Below, piece after piece: positions 36,801 through 49,903 of a stretch of DNA of 64,000 nt; the stretch's first letter is position 1, and each line of letters opens with the position of its first letter. The notes beneath the pieces were generated by a model. That model did not search any database. It worked only from the letters and a program-made list of their open reading frames with translations, and was not told the DNA's origin. Both the position numbers and the translations under genes were made by a program. This DNA comes from Paraphysomonas bandaiensis (Eukaryota; Protista; Chrysophyceae), in NCBI GenBank assembly GCA_965644295.1, contig CBFFRP010000028.1:1-64000 (forward strand), read 5' to 3'.

Positions 36801-39530
36801 TATGAGATATTTGAAACTTTCTACTGTCCTGGAGAGGTCTCATTCTCTCTGAAGATCTCATTTATCTCCTTAAAATATCTCTTATCCGCTGGTGGAACAC
36901 ATTCGTTGAAAAATACATGTCCTGATATAACAAAGTCTCTTAATGCGGGAACAAAGACTATATATCCAGGACCATCCTCTCGATAGCCCATAAAATACCC
37001 AGGCCAGCTATGTCTGTCCCCCAGTTGTTCTTTCGGAGACTGGAATCGATATTCACAAAGCATTTACATCCCCATATTCTTGCATAACTCAAGTCTGGTA
37101 TGTCGTTTTCGATAAACTGAAGTGGAGACATAAATCCTTTAGCTGTTTGACACGGTAACCTGTTCTTGATGTGTATTGTCGGCTTGTTCCCAGAAATTCG
37201 GTGGGAGTCCAGAGTCGATAAGGCTGCTGAGTGCTCGTTCTTTTGTTGTCCGCCATGTTCGCTCTTGGAATGGATTATCCTCGGGGGTATACGGGGAGTT
37301 GAAAGTCCATGTAGCCCCTATTGATTGAAGATACTCTAGAACTTTTCTTGATACCACCTCCTTCCCGCCATCCGCATGATAATGTTGTAGTCGTTTGCCT
37401 TTACTATGTAGATACATGACAACTTTCTGGATGGATTGGATGACAAAATCTTCATCTCTCGTTGGTCCGTAGGAGTCCCATTGGTGTCTGGAAGCTACAT
37501 CTGTCATCCCGAGTATGTAACGGTTGCCAGTAATGATTGCCTCTGGTGCATGATGGGGTCCAGAAAAATCGGCTACTACTAGCTCCCCCAGCTCATTCGC
37601 TTGAGCAGCATTTGTCTGATAGCGTGTCTATGTTTTCGGCGATGAGATTTACCACTAGCACAACCATCACATAGGCCACCCGGTAAAGAAGTAGCATTCA
37701 TCTCCGACTTCGTTAACTTAATACCCGTTACTAATTTTGACTGTACAGCTTTCTGTATGAGTCCAATTGAAGAATGTGCCAATCTCTTATGTGCTAGGGT
37801 TGCGAGAGGGCCTGAAGCAGTTGAAGCAAGGTGGGATTCGGCAATAGGAGTACCGAGGTCTGTTAACGGAATTTCATATATAGGCCTCCAACTCTCTTAC
37901 CCTTTGATAGCAGTATTTCATCTCAACTGATTGGTTTCCGAACAAGATTTTATACCCTAGGTCATCTAATTGGCTGATGGACACGAGTGTCCTTGAAGCA
38001 TGGTCCACATGCTTGCACTTCTTGGGGATAATATCAAGTCTTCTATGTCCTGAAGAGGTCATAGTCGATCCTGACTTAGCTGTTTGAATGTCGGTGAGGC
38101 ATTGCTCATAATTGGTGATGTATCCGGCTTCAGGTGTGATGGAGACTGTGCAGCCAGAATCAAGGGTTCCCATTCCGGCTTCTTGATCAAAAACGAAGTT
38201 CGTTTCGTCGTTTGTTGGATATCCGACTCCTCCGAAGTCTCGTCCTTTCTGTTGTAGTGGACCACTGTCTTCATAATCTGCAAACTGGTCGGAGTCGTCG
38301 TTTTCAGTGCTCTGGTGGGTCTGGAATCTAACTTTTTTGAATTTCCTACTGGTTGATTTGTTTCCGGAGGAACTCTTCATTTGTTGGATCCTTTCCCAGG
38401 GGTGTTTGTGTCCTTTTCCATCGCATCGGAAGCACTTAATGTCTTTGTCAGCTCTCTTGTCATGTTTCGGTTTATTGGAACGGTTTCTGAAAGATGTCCC
38501 CTTTTTGTGTTTAGAATTCACTTTATTTCGGGAAAATGGGGGTTTTGAAGCTGCAAGCCGAATACAGTCGGTTTTTGTTTCTTCGTTGCTTGACAAGAGC
38601 ATTCCAACAGAGGAGCTTCCTAATCCGCGTAATCTGCGTATCAGTGTTTTGTAGTCATCGATAGGGTGCATCTGCAGGTTGATTGCCAGTTCACGATACG
38701 TCATATTTTCTTTGGATACCAGGCCTTGTCGAATGCGTGATATGAGATCTTGGTCACTTATCCGATGACCATAATTAATCAGCTTGTTTCGGAGCTTTTC
38801 GACAGCGTCAAGAAAGTTGATTATCGACTGACCTTTTTTGATTTTTATGCTCTGGAACTGGCCAATCAGATCGGTGATTACATCGTTAGTCGTTTTTTCT
38901 TGGAAGTGGTTCAGCAAGTCCGTCCAGGCGGTTTTACCGTCTCCATCGGGGACGTTCTCCAAAATCCCTTCAGCCTCTTCATTCTGACCAATGATAGAGC
39001 TTGCAATGACTGACCATAGGTAGTTATTACCTTCATCATAATATCGTTTCGCATCCTGATACTGTTCGAGTCGATACTGGTAGTCCTCGTCATCTGAGTT
39101 TTCTCCTGCTTCAGGCTCAATTGAGTGATCGTTCTGTAGAGTATAAACGATCTTAGGCTTGCGATAGAACCATGCACGGCACTTCTTCTGCCACCTGGAG
39201 AAGTTCTTCGCATCGAATTTTGGCATTGAATCCTTTCGCTTGTCGGTTGAGTCGTAACTTGTAACTTTAACTGACATCTCGCTACCAAATAAAGAATTGA
39301 TCTTTATAATAGTAAAACAAGTAATGAACACGATAGAGTGAAAATTATGAATAACAATATAGAACGTACTATCATGCACAACGGAATAGTTAGAAGTGTA
39401 ACTGATAATGACGACGTTGTGATGACGATCACGTATCTTCGACAGATACCCTCTCTAATTCAGTTCATGGTATATTTCATTGAATATTATAATTCACAGA
39501 TACAATCATGTATTAAGCTGAATCCTAATA
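33846..39530 (-). mobile_element. Full-length but frameshifted Ty1/Copia LTR retrotransposon
   Basis: 5' LTR 39288-39530, 3' LTR 33846-34116, TSD AATCA, primer-binding site (PBS) TGGTAGCGAG, polypurine tract (PPT) GAGGGGGCG. Order gag-PR(LDSG)-INT(HADGG)-RT(KARLVAQGF, YVDD)-RNH(YCDSDWA). Confidence 0.95.
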
Positions 39531-39876
39531 AATCATCCAATTGTGTCATATCTTGACATGAGTGAGTAGAACTATATCTGTTGTCTATGTTTGCGGCTCA
39601 CGTTAGTTTCCCGGTACTTATCCCCCAGAACACTACAATATTCTTGAGGGGGTCAATATTCAGACACCTTAGAAATGCAGCTTTTAAATGCTCTGAAACA
39701 GCAACATACCATATATCATATATCTATTTCATATTGTGTTGTACTTGCAACTGTAGACGCCTACTTCTAGTGTTCAAATTCTGCTAGTCCGCTAGATGGT
39801 TATTATTTGTTATTATCATAATTGATTACTGAATTACCGCGCAAAGAGTACATGCACTATCAATAGTTAAGACAGA

Positions 39877-40836
39877 CTAGTACTTGCTTCTGTTAAAGCT
39901 CTCACGCGATCGCGATCTACTTCTGAATCTATCGTGCTGTGTTGATGGTCCGTCATGGCTACTACGACTATTCCGTGGTGGACGGTTTCGGTACACTTCG
40001 TTCGAAGATTCCTGCCTACCTTCATAGTAATCGCGACGTGACTGGCGACTATATGAGTAGCATTCGTTTGAGCGGTATGGGTCCCGAGGAGAATAGTCAT
40101 ACACATACGGCGAATAGCCATCACGCTGTGAATAATCATTTCTACGAGAGAGTGGCTCATGCGTTGTGTGACGATTAGCAAACTCCCTGGAGTAAGTGCA
40201 ACCTCTACGGTCACTGCAGTGTGAATAATTGTTCTGTCTTGGATGTAATCGGCTACAGCCTTGGGTACCATCCTGTTCATATTCTCTCTCCCTTGCCATG
40301 GGAGCATGACGTGCAGAACTTTTCTCCCCACGCCTCCCTTGTATATCGCTGTTTTGTCTGCTCTCCTCTCGAACAGCATCCTGTACAAGCTGGCGGACCG
40401 GGGCCATCGACTTGTACTCACTCCCTGCACCATGAGCGACTTCGACCTTGATAATTCTGCCGTGAAGTTCGGTATTATGCAAGTCCTTAACTGCATCAGC
40501 AGCATCTCTAGCATCATCCATGGTGATAAAAGCGAAGCCTTTTGATCGACCAGTCAGCTTATTATAGTTGATCCTGACATCTGAGACAGAACCATATTTA
40601 GAAAAAAGACGCTCTAATTCCTCTTCATCGACCTAACGTATGGATGAAATTTCAGAGTAGAAATATAATAGGCAACATACGTGGAAATAAAGGTTAGCCA
40701 CAAAAAGTTTAGCATCTCCTGCATATGGCCCTGATGTATAATATAGTTTCAAAGACGGTTATATACATCCGATATTTAAACCTCGTTCATTATCCGCAGC
40801 TGATTTTGACATGCGTTCAGCTTGACACTCTGCCAT
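39877..40836 (-). CDS. SR/Tra2-like RRM RNA-binding protein
   Basis: Exons 40836-40782, 40730-40681 and 40632-39877. RNP2 LFVANL, RNP1 KGFAFITM, C-terminal RSRSRSR. Confidence 0.85.
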
Positions 40837-40954
40837 GACAATCGACAATACTATCCGAAAGCAAGGTAAAGGAAACGTCGACTACTAACACGAACTTCCC
40901 TCCAACGACATCTATCAGACACAACTCAACACTGTAGTGAACATATACCAACTG

Positions 40955-41017
40955 TACTTACATACATACATACATACACATACATACTTACATACATACA
41001 TACATACACATACATAC

Positions 41018-41048
<31 letters not shown>

Positions 41049-41097
41049 CATACATACATACACATACATACTTACATACATACATACACATACATAC

Positions 41098-41156
<59 letters not shown>

Positions 41157-41357
41157 CATACATACATACATACATACATACATACATACATACATACATA
41201 CATACATACATACATACATACATACATACATACATACATACATACATACATACATACATACATACATACATACATACATACATACATACATACATACATA
41301 CATACATACATACATACATACATACATACATACATACATACATACATACATACATAC

Positions 41358-41405
<48 letters not shown>
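40955..41405. repeat. (TACA)n microsatellite
   Basis: About 450 bp of TACA with a few variant units. Confidence 0.98.
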
Positions 41406-41406
<1 letters not shown>

Positions 41407-43840
41407 ATGAGTGCATATGTGAAGCTTTTTGCTACAACTGTGAAGCTACGTATTCTCTGTATACTGCGTATAAGGTATACATAGGTATACGTGTGCGTAT
41501 ATTGGGGTATATCTCTGAGTGACTTCGAAGTGAATGTGATGTGGATATATGCATATATGAGTACATGATTCAGAGGCTCTGCTGCCTCCTCTACTCACAG
41601 ACACGAGTGAGGACTATCGACAGTGTGTGGTCATAGTGGTGTATAGTGGTGTGTGCTCCTCATGAGGAGAGAGACTCGTATGATCATATGAATAATACCG
41701 CAGCAGATACACACACATACATACAGAACCCCCCCCACACATACATGCATAGACCGCATGGAGCACCCTGAATAGCCATACAACTGAAGCAGAACCGTTC
41801 ACCAGTAATGCGCTCCTGAGTGTGTTATTTTATATGGTGTATCTGCATTAATGGTGCTGTGGAAGCATGTGTATCCGTTAGAAGACTGTGACGATGTTGT
41901 TAGTGCAGCTGGTGGTGATCATCCATATGAGGACTTCCTCTATAAGGATAACATATGAATAATATGAGAGTGTGGATGAGTTGTGGGAGTGGTGGGAGTA
42001 TATGTATGTGGTAGAGGAATACCTCTTACGACCCAACCAGTGAAGAGCTTGTCGACCATATGACTCCTAATACTGTATCATTCGTAATGATCTGTTGTGT
42101 CCTGTAAATATGACTGAAGTATACATATATCATTAGTCAAGATTAAGGTGATGTCGTCGATAAGATGTGCGTATGTGTGTGTATGTATGAAGGTGTTGTC
42201 GTATATAAGATGTGTGTGTATGTATGTATGTATGTATGTATGTATGAAGGTGCTGTCGTAGATAAGATGTGTGTGCATGTATGTATGAAGATGTTGTCGT
42301 AGGTAAGATGTGTGTGCATGTTTGTATGAAGGGGCTGTCGTAGATAACGTATGTATGTACATATATTACTATCATTGTGTATCATACCGTGTAGAGTTGT
42401 TTACTAATCATTTATCAAGATGACGGTGCTGTTGTAGCTAAGAAATTGTAGCTTTTGATATGCACTACTTAAAATTAAAGAATTATCATTTATCAATGCC
42501 GTACACGATTCAACATGCAGATTTCATTGTACAAGCTACGTACGAAATTCACAATTATATCCAGCACACTAGAATATATTTCATCATTAGCACGTGGAGG
42601 AACATTATTGAAGTTGCTGTATCCATCTGGCAGCAGTCCATTATCACTCACGATAGTATTAACAAATGACATCACGCACTGTACTAGCTCGAGTAAAAGC
42701 AATAACATCACTCTTCTGTATGTCAAACGTCAAACCGACGACTTATGAGACGATATGGTCTTATTCAGCATTCAGCTCACCCTATCTCCATAGAACCATA
42801 AATCATACAGACAGATCAATGGTATTCTGGCTGTAAATCTCCAACCCTTTGGAACGAAGTGCATAATCTGACCATCTTGTCAGTTAAAGGTTTTCCACCA
42901 TTGCACATTACATTCATTGTCTTGCATGATGCTCTTCTTTGTCACTGACTTTTCTGTCCGCTTTGTGTCCTTGGTCTTGAACAAGCATTGAGTCACCTTT
43001 CCAGTAAAAAAGTTAAATCATCAAGTAAGCTACTGAATCAGATCTACTCATCAAATTCCACATCAGTACAAAATATGCCCACATGAACAAGATATAGGAC
43101 CAACTGCCTGCAATGGTACCATTAACATCATCTTCGTCGCTAAAATCGTACAGTCATTCATTGTTAACGGACTTTAAACCCCTTCTTCTTTTTGAGTTCT
43201 TTCTTCTTCAGTTCATTGATGTCTTTCTTGTAGCCATCTATTGCCTTTGCTTAGTTCTACATATGGCCAAAGTAATCAAGACAGATGTCTTTCGGGAATG
43301 GAATCTTCAAATTTTCATCATCATCAGAGCTTCAGGGTACTCTTCTTTACACCACACTGCAATATGGCCAACCTTTGCTTGTATGCTGCTTTCATTCCTG
43401 CTTTTGTTCGTTTCTTCTTATTGTCAGATACATTATCAGCATTGGAGTCAACAGATACAACACGCTGTCGGCGTATACGGCCACTTCCTCTTCCCCTTTG
43501 AGGTAACTCTTCCTCCCTGTCTGAATCTGTCTCGTTCATGTTTGCAGTAAGTATGGTCGAATATTGATATATGCCACTAACGGCTGTCATGTTCAAGGAG
43601 AATAGTAGAGTATTCTAACAGTGTTTTACAACTCATAAAGTGGCTATTTCCCTGTAAAATAGTATTTTTATTATATAAAAGTGCCAGTTTTTGTGTGAAG
43701 CCTAAAGCTTCACATATGCATTGAATATGATTATCTACTATATATTTGTCCGTATTCGAGGCATATGTGAAGCTTTTGGCTTCACACTAGGGGTTTTTAG
43801 ATGAGGAAAAAACCCATAGAGCTTCACATATGCAGTCCAT
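41406..43840 (-). mobile_element. Degenerate Crypton (CryptonS-like tyrosine recombinase) element inside a (TACA)n tract
   Basis: The minus strand at ~42955-43135 translates FMWAYFVLMWNLMSRSDSVAYLM.*..WKGDSMLVQDQGHKAD, a Crypton YR box with the catalytic Arg. Subterminal inverted repeat TGCATATGTGAAGCT at 41412-41426 and 43820-43834. Confidence 0.72.
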
Positions 43841-43946
43841 ACATACATACATACATACATACATACATACATACATACATACATACATACATACATACAT
43901 ACATACATACATACATACATACATACATACATACATACATACATAC
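43838..43946. repeat. (TACA)n microsatellite
   Basis: About 27 perfect units, in the same orientation as 40955-41405. Confidence 0.98.
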
Positions 43947-44029
43947 TACAGCTGCGCTCCCTTTCGCTCGCTCATGTTTCAATCATTCCTTTGGACAGCA
44001 CCTATATGCAGATAAAGTAGCAATAAGGA

Positions 44030-45507
44030 ATGACGGCGAGAGCTCTGTATTATATCCTTGTGTTGGGTTGCTGTGTCTATGTGCAGCCAAACCACTATAA
44101 CGTGCTTGGTGTTCCTAAAAATTCCACAGAAACAGAAATAAAGTGAGAGCTTCCATTCTGTCATACACTTTTCAGGCGTCATCTTTTGCTTTCAGGAAGG
44201 CATACCGGAAGCTGAGTCTTGTCTACCATCCTGGTATGTTTTAGTGCATTTTATATCTTTTTAAAGCCGTTGTATCTTAGATAAAATACCAGCCGATGCG
44301 AGCGATGAATATATCGAGGAAGCTAAAAGTGTATATCTTCGTATTCAGTTGGCGCATGAAATACTGAGTGATCATGATAGGCGTTTACAATATGATCTTA
44401 GTTTAGCTGGTCAAAGTTATGACAGTAGTGATGATTCTGTAAGCGCGAAGTACAAGCGACATCCATTTTCATTATTTGCGCGTTCGAAATACGTATCTGT
44501 TAAGTTTTCCATGAAACATAAACCTCCTGAAGTTGAAGAAATATCGATTGTAGTGTTTATTGACATTGATAAAGTTTATACTGGTGTGAGTGGAAATCAT
44601 ACTTATTATGTGCAGACTGTATGCTCTGCGTGTGGGGGAAATGGCGGTGATCACGGAGAGTGTCGCAAATGCTCTCATTGTGACGGAACTGGTCATTCAA
44701 ACCACTTGTTTAGCGATGGGTCGAAAGATTTCATTCATGTGTCTCAATCCACATGTGGTAACTGTAATGGAAAAGGCTGTGTCCCACGAGGCAAGTGTGC
44801 CGTGTGCAATGGTAGAGGGACGGTTCTCTCTGAGAGCATGGTGTTTTATACACTGCCACCCGGATTTCCTAACAAGCACACTCTCCAGTATATGGGAAAA
44901 GGGCATCAGAAAGCGGACGGTCGTAGTGGCAACTTAAAGCTAACTTTTGAGTATTCTCTTCCCCCTGGTTGGAGCGCTGTACCGGACACCCTCGACTTGC
45001 AGTATGATCTAAAAGTTCCGCTGTATGACATGCTGAACGGATTCACCTATAGTTTGGAGTGTCCAAACGGTATGAAGTATGAGGTAATGTGAATCGAATT
45101 GATGAGATGACGAGATAAATTATTATATTCAAGATCGATTTCAGAGAGGGTATGCCACTCCTGAGTATATTAGATGGGCACTCTATTGAGGTAGAGGGCT
45201 TCGGACTAGTATCGGGGGGCACTAAGGATGTGGGCGCATTAACCATAAAACTGGCTCCAGCGTGGAACAAAGTTGCCGCCTCAGTATGGATAGATATGCT
45301 AAAGGTGTGTTGAGCGAAATCATATGGCCACCCGTACTTATCATATTGTTTGCATAGGAATCTGGAATTCGAAGGAATAGCTCTTCATTTTGGTCTATGG
45401 TTGAGTTGTTGACATCTTTAACGAACACCCGTGGAGAATCTGGAGATGAAAGTGCAAGTAGATTGAATTTCGATATAAGTGATATATCAGTCGTCACTGA
45501 GGAATAG
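44030..45507 (+). CDS. Type-I DnaJ/Hsp40 co-chaperone with N-terminal signal peptide (ER-type, Scj1/ERdj3-like)
   Basis: Exons ~44030-44142, 44196-44233, 44281-45083, 45134-45304, 45358-45507. J-domain HYNVLGV...KKAYRKLSLVYHPDK and four CxxCxGxG repeats. Confidence 0.88.
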
Positions 45508-46420
45508 CCTATGGATAGACGACGCGGATCAGCTAAAGCACATACGTCCACAAAGTCTTTTTCTGCATATGCGTAGTGCCAAACTTGTGTTTTTGTATAT
45601 AACACACTGAAATCAGTGCATGCGTACCATTAAATTTCACATCCTGTTAGCCGTTGAGATATGTAAGAAGGTGGTGGTTCATATGTGATACATTAACTTT
45701 AATTATGAGTATGCCACTGAATATGTCGAAAGTCATAAGAGTATTTGAGCTTGCTTTGTATTTGTGAGCTGTGTGTATTGTGTATTAGTAAGCAATTAAA
45801 AGCTCTATTTTAATATATATGAATTATGACCACCATTTAAAGATACAGTAGCTGTAAGCGTACCGCCTATCTAAGATCTGGTAATGTTGATTGGTGGTAT
45901 GAATTTAGTAAAGTTAAATTTTCATATTGTTTAGGCTTACCAACAAACTCATTCCGAAGTAGACATTTTTTGTAGGATGACATAAGTAACAACTGAACTG
46001 CTAAACAGGTTAGAATAGGACATTTTACTGCAGTTAACCTTTTTCTACACATAAACCTTAAACTGGATTTGTTCACACCAGGGTTCCGTAACTGTTGGAA
46101 ATTGCTCATTCTTAACTAGATCTCAGAGAGAATTTGTCGTTAGACTAGATAGTTAATATCGTTTACACGAAGTTGTGACAAACAACACAATCTTATTTTG
46201 TTCCACGTATAATCTCCTACATATGTGAACCTCTCGATACTAAACATTAAACATCTCTTGAAAGATCAAGCTATATTTCAGTTTCTCAATATCATTACAG
46301 CATTTGTATATCACAATATTTCACAGTATCCTCGTACATTGTCTTCACGTGACATACCGAATACACTAGAATAGTAACAATATCTTGAATTGCGATTGCG
46401 TTATATTGTAAAATATATTG

Positions 46421-47105
46421 ACCCTCAACAAAGTCAGACTCGCATCATTTCGTGGTGGTGTTATGGGGGATAAGTACCGGATATATTTCTCCGGGAACTT
46501 ACATAAACAGCAGATATTGTTCTACTCATTCATAGCCGAATGGTTGTGTGGTACAAGAGGCACTAATATAAGTATCACTTGTGTAGACGTCTTTGGGCCT
46601 TGACGAATAAACAGACATCCTGGAATGGGCCCACCTCAATGGCATTCTGGATAGGGTCCACCTCAAGGGTAACCGGGGTATTGGGCTGCCTGCTGAAGTT
46701 AAGCATCAGGTCTGTTCGCCTTAAGGACTCAAAAGTCCAGAAGTCTGCAGTTGTCAGGTATATCAACATTCTGCTTGCTAGCGGCGTTTGCTTAGAGTGA
46801 TAGAGCGGAGGTGGTTGCATTTGGGTGCTTTGGTTCTTGCGGCGACGCAAAAGCAGCTTTTTAATAGAGTTTGTACTAGTTAGTCAAGACTTTAATATGG
46901 GGACACTAATTAGTGTCACTTGCGTAGACTTCTTTGGGCCGTGACGAATAAACAGGCATCTGCGACTGGGCCCACCTCAACGGCATCCGGGCTAGTTCAC
47001 CTTAAGGACAGAGAGTGCAAAAGTGGTTGCACCTTGGTGCTTGCAGTGACGCACAAGCAGCTTTCGTAGGGCTAAATAGTAGGATATCAGAGTTAAACAC
47101 TAGTA
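46421..47105 (+). mobile_element. SINE/SIDE-like element (46421-46890) plus a second partial copy (46900-47105)
   Basis: Same head and body as 31700-32119. Ends in GTGGTTGCACCTTGGTGCTTGC.G.GACGCACAAGCAGCTT, shared with the LINE 3' UTR. Confidence 0.8.
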
Positions 47106-47699
47106 GGTAACCGAATCCTGGTTCACACAGAATTTTAATTTAGTAAAGAATTATAATCTCAACGCTTCACAACACTTGTAGCACCTATTAAACATATGCT
47201 TATCATATGATCAGTAACTGAATTTATTTCCTTTGTAAATATATTCACTCGTCACACCTATGGTTTCACATATTACGTACCTTTAACTCAATGCAGTTGT
47301 ACTATACGTATAGCATCATACTCCTACTCAGCAATGTGTATTTTAAAATGTTTACTAGTTAACTACATCCTGTTATCAGATACGCAACCACCGAACCTCA
47401 TGGAATACAGGTGGACATATGACTCCGCTGATTTAGGTAGCTTTTACCGTACATTCACTCAAAATCAGGTACGACAAGCTGTCTTAACCTTGGGGATATA
47501 CAATAGTTTGTCCAGTATTATCAACTATCCTTCTGCTCAATAAATACTAGACCACACAAAGTCTTGTATATATCAGCTATATGTTGTCGATTGCTCATTA
47601 AACTCTGCTTAATAAAACTGTTCAGGGTCCACGTGCTCTCTAACTATATGATATTCAATATTGATATGTTTTGATCTTTGACCTTGCACACCGGATTTT

Positions 47700-48030
47700 C
47701 AGGTATAACACCCTGAGCATTTTGACTATCCAGTAATTATTAACCCTACTTTCCCCCCGTGATCTCCTGTCACCCCCCGAGACCATATCATTTCCTATTT
47801 TCTGTAATCCGTCATATAGACAAAGATATTCAACTTGCATAGTTGATGAACGTACAATAGACTGAAGTTTGAAACCTCACGACATTGGCCCATCAGCTTC
47901 AAACATGTCATAACCAGAAGTTGGTCTCCTCAACGGGTCGCCCGCCCAGTCAGCATCAGTGAACATATGAAGATCAAAACATTTCGCTCTATATTGAATG
48001 CCTTTTTCCGTACGAAGTACCTCGTAAATA
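47700..48030 (-). pseudogene. Copia RT/RNase H remnant
   Basis: The minus strand reads ...KGIQY...HMFTDADWAGDPLRRPTSGY..., followed by G-rich PPT-like tracts. Confidence 0.6.
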
Positions 48031-49147
48031 CTGCATTAAATATATCATGAGTTTACATACAGTGATATTCACTTTCGTTTAAAATTGTGATAGTACTCCC
48101 ACTATTAACCTGTACACGTTTGAAGCAGGTTTAAAGCAGTGGATTCTAAATACGATAGTGGCTCTATGCTGTGATATGATATTCTATTGATTAATTATCA
48201 TATTACGGTTGGATGTATGCTTGCACACGTCCACAATACCCAAAAACTGCCTCTCCTTCACCAATATATATATGTGTACCCTTACCCTAATATATGACAT
48301 ATATATATATACATGGCTATAGATCTACCAAATGGCATGTAAATGCACATACAGAGCTTTTATTACCACACCTATACTACGTACACAGTGTATAAGCGGT
48401 CGTATTGACGTGTCGATGACTCCTCTACCGCTCATCTATGTCTCTGTATGGTCTACATTCCCGCTTACGGTTAATGGATAAGTCGAGATAAAATACGCCG
48501 TCTCTATCAAAAACAACGGCCTTTATACTACCTGTCATAACCATACGTACATATTATGTGTTTGTTGGATACATCATCACACTGCGGGGGATCCTTGTAC
48601 TGAAGCCGCACAGAGATTGCTTTATATTGTTTCATACATGCCTCAAACAGAGCGCTAGTGCATGAACTTGCACGGCCGTTGTAGAATATCATCTTTAGGC
48701 ATGGTTTTGCTATTTGTAGGGCTTATTATTGCCTTCGGCGCTTCAATGACAGCAATGATATGCATCATGATGCCGCAAGCAAAAACCGCAATACGCAAAG
48801 AGACTGCACGACCAATGCTCTCTGTGTTCTTGATGATGATTGGTCAAGTGCTCATTTTTTCATTGTGAGATTTCGATGTTTTTTTTTGTTGATTTTTAGT
48901 TACTTTTCGAGAAAGTATCAGAAATCTACAAAAACGGCTCTTCCCATGCACAACGTACCTGATACACTGACGCGCACTCCAGATATCAATCAATGTAGCG
49001 TACGGTATGCACATTCTTGGCATTCGCATTTGCATTCCGCACAGAGGAAGAACTAGCGTGTTTTGGTAGCATGTGTTCGTTCAATAGTCGATAATAATAA
49101 ACGCACGACTGGCGACTGATCAAACCATCTGATAGCTGTTTTCTATC

Positions 49148-49903
49148 ATGGCCGCTGTCTGCCCAGCAGTCCCAGCAGTAGGAGTAGGCAATGGGGGAAA
49201 ATACACTGACTTTAATCCGAGTCCCGATGACTTGGACCTATTTGGGAATGTCTCCTTGCATCACAGCGTGTCCCATGACAAGCCCGATTTGAATAAAATG
49301 AAGGAATTGCTCTCGAAATACCCCGATGGGGCAAAGCAAAAGAATCAGTTTGGTAGAATTCCTTTGCACTATGTGGTGGACCGCTGCAATGCTTCAGTGG
49401 AGGCTGTGCAGCTACTTCTGAAAGCATACCCCGAAGGAGCGTATGAGTTTGATAACGAAAATGTGACTCCATGTAAGTATACACACGATTGAAGGACAAC
49501 CTCTTTGTAACTATTTGTATATAGACGACCTAGCGGTGCACTGGAACCATTCCGCTATAATTTTGAAGATGCTGTTGAGAGCAGACAAAGACCAAGATCG
49601 CGAGACTTATATGCGGCTCACGTATGGACCATTGTACTCCCTGTACAGATACATATGTAAGTGGCCGATTGCGTACTCACAACCGCCAGAACGAGGAGGG
49701 ATCAGCGGCGACCAATCCAAAGATGATAGTGGCGGGTCCGAAGTACACGATAGTGTGGAAAATAATTTTGTTGAAGAGTGAGAACAGTGCCTGCTATACT
49801 TGTCTCCTGTTTAATTATATTCAGGTTTCGTCGCAGTACTTCGATTCCAGATGACGGCAAGCCGAATGCTTTTACTCAAATAAAGTATGAGGGTGATCAG
49901 TGA
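49148..49903 (+). CDS. Small ankyrin-repeat-like protein
   Basis: Exons ~49148-49472, 49525-49777, 49825-49903. Ankyrin-like motifs GNVSLHHSV, GRIPLHYVV...AVQLLLKAYP and TPYDLAV. Confidence 0.75.

Noticed and set aside
40926-41416. MYVC/HTYI ORFs (also 42078-42385 and 43738-44015)
   Set aside because: These are translations of (TACA)n microsatellites.
45868-46130. Possible MITE with CTAAGATCTGGT/ACTAGATCTCAG ends
   Set aside because: The inverted repeat is short and imperfect, with no clear TSD.
48662-49056. Short hydrophobic ORFs upstream of the ankyrin gene
   Set aside because: No motif or consistent exon structure.
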